From Promethearchaeota archaeon (GTDB lineage: Archaea > Asgardarchaeota > Lokiarchaeia > Sigyniarchaeales > SOKP01), in assembly GCA_030606485.1 (NCBI GenBank), contig JAUWGH010000004.1, forward strand, positions 419,003-451,002: 32,000 nucleotides of DNA, given 5' to 3'. Each line of letters begins with the position of its first letter. Within the stretch, counting starts at the first letter, position 1. Of the stretch, positions 18,737 to 26,282 are shown one piece after another. The position numbers were made by a program, and so were the translations under genes. The notes under the pieces were generated by a model. The model was not told the origin of the DNA. It did not search any database and saw only the letters and a list, made by a program, of their open reading frames with translations.

Positions 18737-19053
18737 TTAGAGTGATCTGATCCTTGAAAATAAAAAAGAAATTTTTATAGCATATTTCTATTCTTACCAC
18801 CCGTCACCAATAAGCGTAAATTTTTTGATTTACGACTGCTCCATCCCTGACCTGGTCGGGTTCATCATCAATTGAGTATATATCTCCTACAAGAAATATC
18901 TCAAAAATAACTTACCTAATTGGGCGAATGGATCATTGAAACATTAAATATGTATAAAAATCATTTTTAATTCCTCAGATCATTTTTCTGTCCGTTATAG
19001 AGCATTTACGGTCCACCCAGTATAGGGTTTCAGGAATTGCCCTAGATTCCCAC
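18722..19053 (-). ncRNA. ffs: Signal recognition particle (7S) RNA
   Basis: Helix 8 GACCAGG-TCA-GGGA-TGG-AGCAGTC (GNRA loop, SRP54-binding loops); helix 6 with GTAG (GNAR) loop; long helix 5 pairings TGATCTGA/TCAGATCA, TTTTTATA/TATAAAAA, CATATTT/AAATATG, CCATTCG/CGGGTGG; 5' TGGGA can pair with 3' TCCCA; about 330 nt; ends approximate. Confidence 0.88.
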
Positions 19054-19160
19054 GATCAATAATAATATTTTTATTAACAAATAAAAAGCTTATCATAAAG
19101 AGTAAAAAGTTTTAAATAAATAATTTTGAAAAATCAATGAAAATCAATAAGAAAATCTAA

Positions 19161-19664
19161 TTAAATTCTTTTTTTTTCAATTTTAAAAATACAGCATCTC
19201 TTTTCCATATCTATTATCATACACTCTATCTCTGAAACAGAAGCTCTATATAGTGCAAATTCTCCAAAACCTGATAATATTCCAGATATAAAATAACAAA
19301 TATATTTAAAATTATTCTCCATGTATGATGAAATATTATGATATAATTTTAAAATAATAACCTCCTCCGTAATTTCATGAGGTTCAATTTTTCCCCATCC
19401 CATATTGCTAAACATTTCACAAAATGCATTTGTTAAATCTTCAAGAGTCTTAGGTTTTAAATTTTCTTCCCAAATTTCTATTAAAACCCTGCCCATTTTT
19501 TTGCCTAACCATATTAGTAAAGGTTTTACTCCCTCGCCATATATAGATGATAATAAATCTATAATCTGAGGAGGAAAAAACACAAATCTCTTATTAAATA
19601 ATCTGTATATTCCATCAGAATATTCTAATCCCTTTAATTTCAAATCTTTCATCTTTTCATACAC
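19161..19664 (-). CDS. V4R (4-vinyl reductase) domain protein
   Basis: LGKKMG..MGWGKI..CYFISGILSGF..VSEIEC..CCIFKI. Confidence 0.8.
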   Translation of the reverse strand: MYEKMKDLKLKGLEYSDGIYRLFNKRFVFFPPQIIDLLSSIYGEGVKPLLIWLGKKMGRVLIEIWEENLKPKTLEDLTNAFCEMFSNMGWGKIEPHEITEEVIILKLYHNISSYMENNFKYICYFISGILSGFGEFALYRASVSEIECMIIDMEKRCCIFKIEKKRI

Positions 19665-19740
19665 AATGAGCTTTTTTAAAATAATTAATATGTTTTTAAA
19701 ATATTTTCACAAGTTTTTATAATTATTTATATGATATTTT

Positions 19741-20037
19741 TTGATTATGTTAAATTATCATCTGTCAATAATTATTATTTTATTATCTTTCTTGTTTATC
19801 ATCTTTATTTTTTCAATATTTACTACCGATATAGATGCATTGTTCATATTCATTATCTACATGATCTTAATTATCTATTTGAATCTAATCATTTTAAAAA
19901 ATTATATTGATTTAGTAAATTCTAATGATCTTCTCAATTTTAATTTATTAACATTTCTGGCAAATTTCTCTTTTATTTGTGAAGTTTTCATTGGAATCTT
20001 TATTTTAATTCAAATATTTTACAAATTTATTAGTTAA
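19741..20037 (+). CDS. Possible small three-TM membrane protein
   Basis: Very hydrophobic 98-aa ORF with TTG start; could be an AT-bias artefact. Confidence 0.35.
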   Translation: MIMLNYHLSIIIILLSFLFIIFIFSIFTTDIDALFIFIIYMILIIYLNLIILKNYIDLVNSNDLLNFNLLTFLANFSFICEVFIGIFILIQIFYKFIS

Positions 20038-21466
20038 AATTTAGGAGATATACAGAATTTAAACTAATTGAAAGAATGATTAAAAAAATTAACACAAAAA
20101 TTAGATTGGACGTAAATACAATAATTTTTTTAGATTCTATGCTGATAATTTTAGAGAAATAATAAACACTTATAATGTTGCTTAATAAAAAGGAACCAAA
20201 TATGAGTATCAGATCAAATAAATCAAAATTATTATAAAAAGGAATAGTTGTGATAAATTCTGGATCATTTAAAAGATTAATATAATAAAAAAAAGTTGGA
20301 AATACACCAGAAATAATCCCAAGAATAAATGGTAATAAAAAAACAAATATTAAACTTTTAAATTTTTCACCTTTAATAATGATTCTTTTTCTCTTTTCTA
20401 ATTTCTGATGTATTGAGATAATTTTTAATAGATCCCAAATTTTATTTGCAGTATGATATGTATCTTCATGGATCATTTTTTTTACTACATTTAAAATCAG
20501 TTTGCAGCGTTGTGATTTTAGATTAAAAAAAAATAAGTCAAGCATCTCTTTTAATGATATTGAATTTTTTATCAATAATGATACGGGGTGTTCCATTTTT
20601 TTCTGAAAAGATTTAGGAGTTTTTTTATACGCAAAATATAATGCATTCTCCGGCGATGTTTTCCTTGATAACATAATTGCAAAGCTCTTTAAAAATAATA
20701 GAAAATTATTAAACTCAATTCTTTTATTTTTAGACTCAAAGTTCAAAATCCCTAATAATTTTATATCCTCATTTAAAAATTTTGATGATAAATATCTAAT
20801 AATAAAAAAATATAGAGGTATAATAATGATTAATGAGAGGGGTTTGATTTCTTGAAGTATTATAAGAAAAATGCTTCCTATCGGAAAAAATAAACCTATA
20901 AAGAAGATTATACTTAATTTTGATTCAATGCTTCGAATAAATGTTTCAAATAAATCCTCTGAATAAGAGTATTCATTTATTTTAACCAAATTAATATCTT
21001 CAAAATTATTAGAGACTAAATCATTTAAAAAACTTTGAAAATTTTTAGAAATGATATTTAAATTTTTTAACTCATTTTCTGGATTTTTACCAAATTGAAT
21101 TTTTCTTATAATTGATTTAAATATTTTAGAAATTGGATAATCATAATTAGAAATAGACTCAATAAAATTAAGACATTTATCGGAAATTGATGTAAAAAGG
21201 GAATTAATGAGAGAGAAATCTAAAATTATTAATTTTAAGTAAGCATTAATATTTAATTCTTCATTTTTTAATTTTTTATATAAATATATATTAAATATGT
21301 AAGTGATTATTATAGAAAAAATAAAAGAAAAGAGGAAACTTATTAGAATTACAAGTTGTATCACCAAGATTTTAAAAATAATATTAAAATAAATAGAAAA
21401 AATAAAAAATAAGAAATAAAAAGTAAAAAAAACCAAAGTAGTTGCTTTATTTATATCGCTAATCAA
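20030..21466 (-). CDS. Pilus assembly platform membrane protein (TadB/TadC/FlaJ, T2SS-F-like); true start probably further upstream
   Basis: Duplicated pattern of soluble domain plus TM hairpins (GKNPENELK; TSPENAL); last gene of the secretion ATPase operon; frame open to 21595 with no start codon. Confidence 0.6.
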   Translation of the reverse strand: MISDINKATTLVFFTFYFLFFIFSIYFNIIFKILVIQLVILISFLFSFIFSIIITYIFNIYLYKKLKNEELNINAYLKLIILDFSLINSLFTSISDKCLNFIESISNYDYPISKIFKSIIRKIQFGKNPENELKNLNIISKNFQSFLNDLVSNNFEDINLVKINEYSYSEDLFETFIRSIESKLSIIFFIGLFFPIGSIFLIILQEIKPLSLIIIIPLYFFIIRYLSSKFLNEDIKLLGILNFESKNKRIEFNNFLLFLKSFAIMLSRKTSPENALYFAYKKTPKSFQKKMEHPVSLLIKNSISLKEMLDLFFFNLKSQRCKLILNVVKKMIHEDTYHTANKIWDLLKIISIHQKLEKRKRIIIKGEKFKSLIFVFLLPFILGIISGVFPTFFYYINLLNDPEFITTIPFYNNFDLFDLILIFGSFLLSNIISVYYFSKIISIESKKIIVFTSNLIFVLIFLIILSISLNSVYLLNFN

Positions 21467-21608
21467 TAAGTTATATCTAATAAAAATTATTTTTGAATAT
21501 CTTGAACTTAGCTTTTTAATTTTAAATTGTGGAAATTTTTTATTTCGAAAAAAATAACAAAAATTGCAATATAAATCAAGAAAACTAAAAATATATCACC
21601 TTTAATTT

Positions 21609-22010
21609 TTATAAAAAATTTAAGAAAATTACTTCTGAAATTATGTATATTTTTAAAATATGACAACCTGGTTTTTCATAAAAAATAGTTAAAAATTTGT
21701 AAATAAATTCGTAAGTAAAATCATATTCAATATTGTCTACGATAAATGTATACTTAATTTTATTTCCGGAAGCAAATATACTAAAATTTTCTCGCATCTC
21801 AATAACGCAACTGAAATTTAAAGAGGGATTTTCAATCGTTCTTGTTATTCCAGAGTTAATAATAGATATACATGTTAAATTATTTTTAAAATCCGACTCA
21901 ACATTGTAATTCTCAATTAATTTAAAAAAGGGACTAATCATAGAAAGAAAAATAACTAATAATGTTATTCCAAATCCAATCATAAGGGATTTCTCTAAAA
22001 TTTCTGGCAT
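21609..22010 (-). CDS. Minor pilin-like protein with N-terminal hydrophobic helix
   Basis: ILEKSLMIGFGITLL resembles LLEYGLLIGFSIFI of the Flp-like pilin; lies between ATPase and platform genes. Confidence 0.45.
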   Translation of the reverse strand: MPEILEKSLMIGFGITLLVIFLSMISPFFKLIENYNVESDFKNNLTCISIINSGITRTIENPSLNFSCVIEMRENFSIFASGNKIKYTFIVDNIEYDFTYEFIYKFLTIFYEKPGCHILKIYIISEVIFLNFL

Positions 22011-22037
22011 ATCCTAGTCTTATTATAATTTTTAAAT

Positions 22038-23798
22038 TTAAAATCCCCTTTTTTTAATTTTCTTTTTGGTTTTCTCCCAAAATTGAATTAATTCCAAATA
22101 ATTATTTTTAGATGCCAAAAAACCAATAATATTGAAAATTGAAACTAAATCTGCAATTTTATTGAATCTAAATCTGGAAAGGAATTCAAAAATTTCTTTA
22201 AATAGGTTTATCATAAGATTAAAATCTTCTTCTGGTAGATGTTCATACTTAATAATTTTTTTTATGATATTAGTATGATAAAGGTTCTTTTTCCTAACCC
22301 AATTATTTGTCATTGGATTATAATCAAAAATTTTTTCAACTGAAATTCCTTTATTTACACTAATTTCTGAAATTTCTACGATTTTTCGACCAATTGGCAA
22401 TTTTTTCATCAAAATAATTAGATCTAAATCATTTAGACATATTCTTTCAATATTAAAATGATAAAGGAACCGATTAATTAATGTGGAAATATCTTTTGAA
22501 TGGATTGTTTGAAACCCTCTTAATCCTGCGCTTAAACAATGAAATAAAGCTTTACACTCCTCCATTGTAAGAATCTCGCCCAAAAATATAATATCTGGAG
22601 TTCTATGTAATAAGGTTTGAATTAAATTACTTTTTGTAAATTGAGAATTTTCTATATTTTCTAATGATTGGGTTTTATATTTTACTTGATGCATATCAAA
22701 TTTTAATTCATCTAATGATTCAACAGCATTTTCAACATAAATCTTTCGAAATTCTTTAGGTGTTAATAGATCAAATGCATTAATTAGAGTTGTTTTTCCT
22801 GTATCTGTTTCTCCAGTTACTGTTAAATTTATCCTCTTTAGAATACAAAAGTATAAAAAAGAAGCAATTTCCGAGGATAGAGTTTGATAAAATATTAAAT
22901 CAGGAATTGAAAAAATATTTTTATTCAGTTTTCTTATGTCTAAACAAAAACCATTCAATTGTAATGGGGAAATATCAATTGAAAATCTACAATAAAAATA
23001 TTTATTTTTTATAACAGACTTAACACTAGGATGAATTATATCAAGCCTTTCTCTACTATATAATCTTAAAAATGTTTTAATTCTTTCAATTTCTTCCAAA
23101 TTAAAGCTAATTTCTGTTCGACATCTTCCATATATTTGATGATTAAGATAAATTTTATCATGTGGCTGATCCAAAAATATTTCTTCAATATAATCATCAA
23201 TTAAAAGCGGGAATAATTTTTTAATGTTAAGTATATTAATAGATGATAAAAAAGATAATTTGTGCATTTCTATAGAGGATAAATTTGGCATAATTTCATT
23301 CAAATAAGTTAGTGAATGTTTTAAAAGTAAATCTACTAATTCTTGAAAAGTGAGAAATTTCTCTATTTTTAATGATTTTATATAGAAACTAATTTTATTT
23401 ATTATTTCTTTATAATAATCTAATTTATTAGGATTCTCAAGAAAGATTTCAACTCTATATAATTTCTCAGTATGATATTTCCAATTATAAATAGATATCT
23501 GATAATTTTTACTTGATCCAATAAAATATGTTTTTAAAAGAAATTTATTTTCATTCAAATTTTTACAATTGAATAATTTACGATGAGTTTTTGAGTCTTC
23601 AATAAATCTTTCTCTTGTATGATCCAACTCAAATGTCTTTTGGGTGTTTATCAGATGTTTAATAAGATTTAAAGAATCTAAGATTAATAAGATTTTTTTA
23701 ATATTTTCATTTAACTCATTAATCCATTTTTGAAAAGAAAGATCATGATTATTTTTTTTTAAATATAACTTGAATTGCTTCCCCAATTTCTGATACAA
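22038..23798 (-). CDS. Type II/IV secretion (TadA/VirB11/FlaI-like) ATPase, main part; probably continuous with 23857-24192 through a frameshift
   Basis: IEEIFLD, Walker A GETDTGKTT, HRTPDIIFLGEI (Walker B), GFQTIHS (His box), DLDLII, RKIVEISEI. Confidence 0.85.
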   Translation of the reverse strand: MYQKLGKQFKLYLKKNNHDLSFQKWINELNENIKKILLILDSLNLIKHLINTQKTFELDHTRERFIEDSKTHRKLFNCKNLNENKFLLKTYFIGSSKNYQISIYNWKYHTEKLYRVEIFLENPNKLDYYKEIINKISFYIKSLKIEKFLTFQELVDLLLKHSLTYLNEIMPNLSSIEMHKLSFLSSINILNIKKLFPLLIDDYIEEIFLDQPHDKIYLNHQIYGRCRTEISFNLEEIERIKTFLRLYSRERLDIIHPSVKSVIKNKYFYCRFSIDISPLQLNGFCLDIRKLNKNIFSIPDLIFYQTLSSEIASFLYFCILKRINLTVTGETDTGKTTLINAFDLLTPKEFRKIYVENAVESLDELKFDMHQVKYKTQSLENIENSQFTKSNLIQTLLHRTPDIIFLGEILTMEECKALFHCLSAGLRGFQTIHSKDISTLINRFLYHFNIERICLNDLDLIILMKKLPIGRKIVEISEISVNKGISVEKIFDYNPMTNNWVRKKNLYHTNIIKKIIKYEHLPEEDFNLMINLFKEIFEFLSRFRFNKIADLVSIFNIIGFLASKNNYLELIQFWEKTKKKIKKRGF

Positions 23799-23856
23799 AA
23801 AAAAAGGATCGATTTTTCTTAAATTTATATTAAAATCTAACTCTAATTCAAAATAA

Positions 23857-24192
23857 CTATTTTTTTTTTCCCTTTTGCACTAATTTTTGAATCTTCTTAA
23901 ACAATTTGTTCAAATACTTAAAATATTTAATGTAATCTAAAAAATATGAAATATATTCATCTTCAATTATTTTATGATTTTGTTGGTCAAATATTGAATT
24001 TATTGTTGTATTTTGATATTTTATTAAACAATTTATCAAACAAATACGACATTTACTGTTAAATAAATGCGACCAATCTTTAGGATTAAAATTAGAGCAA
24101 TTAGAACAATTAATTTTAATATTCCACAGCTTTTCATCATAGTTTTCTGAAAAAATTGGGATTAAAACGTAATTTTTAAGATTTTTATACAT
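23857..24192 (-). CDS. Cys-containing N-terminal segment of the secretion ATPase (frameshift-separated)
   Basis: INCSNC...CRICLINC; ends at an A10 run, across which the downstream ATPase frame is open. Confidence 0.6.
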   Translation of the reverse strand: MYKNLKNYVLIPIFSENYDEKLWNIKINCSNCSNFNPKDWSHLFNSKCRICLINCLIKYQNTTINSIFDQQNHKIIEDEYISYFLDYIKYFKYLNKLFKKIQKLVQKGKKK

Positions 24193-24280
24193 ATTAAAGT
24201 TTTTTATAAAAAATAATTTAAATTTCTACTTTTTTCGGAGTTTTTAAGTTTAAAATTTTAAACAAAAAATGTGATATAAA

Positions 24281-24475
24281 ATGAAAATACAAATTAGAAA
24301 TATAATTCATAAATTGGGAAATTTTTTAAAAGATGAAAATGCAGGCTCTCTACTAGAATATGGACTATTAATTGGATTTAGTATCTTTATTTTCATTATT
24401 ATTATACAAATAATCTTATCAATGTTTGATTGGACAAGCACGCAGATCTCACAATTTTTTAATCAAATTGGATAA
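24281..24475 (+). CDS. Flp/Fap-like type IV pilin (class III signal peptide)
   Basis: FLKDENA|GSLLEYGLLIG aligns with the Flp motif FxxDExG|xxxxEY; hydrophobic helix follows; 64 aa; divergent from the ATPase operon. Confidence 0.8.
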   Translation: MKIQIRNIIHKLGNFLKDENAGSLLEYGLLIGFSIFIFIIIIQIILSMFDWTSTQISQFFNQIG

Positions 24476-24513
24476 TTTGAGGTGCCACTCTTATTTCACA
24501 AGACTTAAAATCT

Positions 24514-24708
24514 ATGAATTTAGACAAAAATCTTTTAAATGAAATACTAAATCAAATTAAAATTAAATTAGGAAATAAAAGACAAATAATGTATTGTGAT
24601 CTTATCAGTTATATAGCTAGATCAAAATTAAAAGGAAACTCTTATGATAAAATAATAATTTGGTGTACCTATAACATCCGATTAGGAAAATTATATATAA
24701 ATTTTTAA
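24514..24708 (+). CDS. Small hypothetical protein (64 aa)
   Basis: ATG ORF directly downstream of the pilin; protein-like composition; no motif recognised. Confidence 0.45.
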   Translation: MNLDKNLLNEILNQIKIKLGNKRQIMYCDLISYIARSKLKGNSYDKIIIWCTYNIRLGKLYINF

Positions 24709-24984
24709 AATCCTCCTTCTTAATATATCATCTTTCTAATTCTTTATTGTTTTTAAAAAAATTTCATAATAAAATTTGAAAACACTTTTGTAATGATTAC
24801 AATCTAAAAGAAATGAAGTTTAAACAAAAATATAAAAAATGAAAAACAATTCTTTTATTAATATCTAATCCATAATGAAATTATTAATAAAAAAATTAAT
24901 ATTAATGTTTATCTTTTTGTAATTTGATTATAATTAGTTATTATTAAATATTTTAAGAAAATCTTTATTTTTGGCAGATATTTT

Positions 24985-25644
24985 ATGGTGAGAGTTACAG
25001 CAGATCATCGCATTTATATAAAAATTTTATACTGGGGCATGGCTGGCTCGGGTAAAACTACTATAGTAGACACCTTATATCGTCTAACAAAAGAACAAAA
25101 AAAAGACATAGAACCTACAGGAAATTTAACAAAAATTGCTATGGCAAGTGGCTCTACTTTATATTTTGATAGAGGAATTTTTCAATCTACAAAAGAACGA
25201 AAAGTATATTATCATGTTTATACAGTTGCTGGACAAAGTCGATTTTCTCCATTAAGAAAAAAAATATTCAAAGGATCAGATGGAGTAATATTTGTAGTAG
25301 ATTCTCAAACTCATCTCTTCGAAGATAATATTGAATCATTAAAAGAATTAAAAAGCGTAGCTAAAGGTTCTTTAATTAAAGAAATTCCCTTGTTACTAAT
25401 GTTAAATAAGAAAGATTTAACAGAAACGATAAGTGCAAGTGAATTTGAGCAAATTTTAAAAGAAGAAGAATTATGGTATGATCCGCCTCATAAATTAACA
25501 TTCTGGGATCCTATAATCTACGAGTCTTGTGCATTATATAATAAAAAAAGAGAAATATATAGAAGTTTTTATGAATGTGCTAGGCGAACAGTATTGTATC
25601 ATATATATGGAAATGGAACAGCTCCATTAGATAATGAATCATAA
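24985..25644 (+). CDS. Small GTPase, MglA-like
   Basis: G1 GMAGSGKT, G2 STLYFD, G3 YTVAGQ, DGVIFVVDS, G4 NKKD. Confidence 0.85.
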   Translation: MVRVTADHRIYIKILYWGMAGSGKTTIVDTLYRLTKEQKKDIEPTGNLTKIAMASGSTLYFDRGIFQSTKERKVYYHVYTVAGQSRFSPLRKKIFKGSDGVIFVVDSQTHLFEDNIESLKELKSVAKGSLIKEIPLLLMLNKKDLTETISASEFEQILKEEELWYDPPHKLTFWDPIIYESCALYNKKREIYRSFYECARRTVLYHIYGNGTAPLDNES

Positions 25645-25899
25645 AAATACGATGAACAAAATTATAACTATTCCTTACAATTAAATTTTTTATGTTTTAA
25701 ATTCATCACCAAATTATAATTCCTTTAATAATTTAACTTATAATAACACTTTTATTATCGCCCTTAATCTGAGATCACCAATTTTTGCTTTAATTAAAAA
25801 ATTATAATTAAATTTATAATTTAATTAAAAATTATTGATGAAATCTTTATTTGTTTTCTCAAGATTTTTTAAATTAATATGCAAAGAAAAGAAATTTTA

Positions 25900-25967
25900 A
25901 TTCTCAGCGTAACTATTAACTCATCACTCGCCAAATGACATCAGATTTGTCTAGTCTCATCATAGAA
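25900..25967 (-). ncRNA. Box C/D 2'-O-methylation guide sRNA
   Basis: Minus strand TTCT-ATGATGA(C)-GACTAGACAAAT-CTGA(D')-TGTCATTTGGCGA-GTGATGA(C')-GTTAATAGTTACG-CTGA(D)-GAA: all four boxes perfect, guides of 12 and 13 nt, terminal stem. Confidence 0.92.
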
Positions 25968-25991
25968 TTATAAATTAATTAATTAATACTA

Positions 25992-26003
25992 CTTAATAAA
26001 AAA
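25992..26003 (-). promoter_or_regulatory. Putative TATA box of the C/D sRNA
   Basis: TTTTTTATTAAG about 25-35 nt upstream of the C box; T-rich tract TTTCTTTTCTTT downstream of the D box. Confidence 0.4.
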
Positions 26004-26282
26004 CTAGAATTTCTAATAGAAATTGAAAATCTTATCTTCAACTCTAAGATTTAACTTAAGTTCCAAAAATAATTGGTTTTTAACAAAAAAATTAATCTCT
26101 TAATCTCATTTTAAAATATTTAATTCTACTTTTTATCAATTTAGGGCTCTTATTTTTGAACTATGTAGGGAAACTAATATCAATTGGCTATAATTAAATC
26201 GGGATCGCAAATAACAATAACTTAAATATCAAAAAAATTATAAATTAAATTAATATTGATTAAAATTTATGTGATATAATTT

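Noticed and set aside
22011-22037. Hidden class III leader for the pilin-like gene via a frameshift (..RLG-t-MPEILE)
   Set aside because: No homopolymer or slippery site and no upstream start in that frame; AGGA is more simply an SD
23860-23872. Programmed -1 frameshift at G GGA AAA in the ATPase gene
   Set aside because: The heptamer is present, but the downstream ATPase frame needs a +1 (or -2) shift
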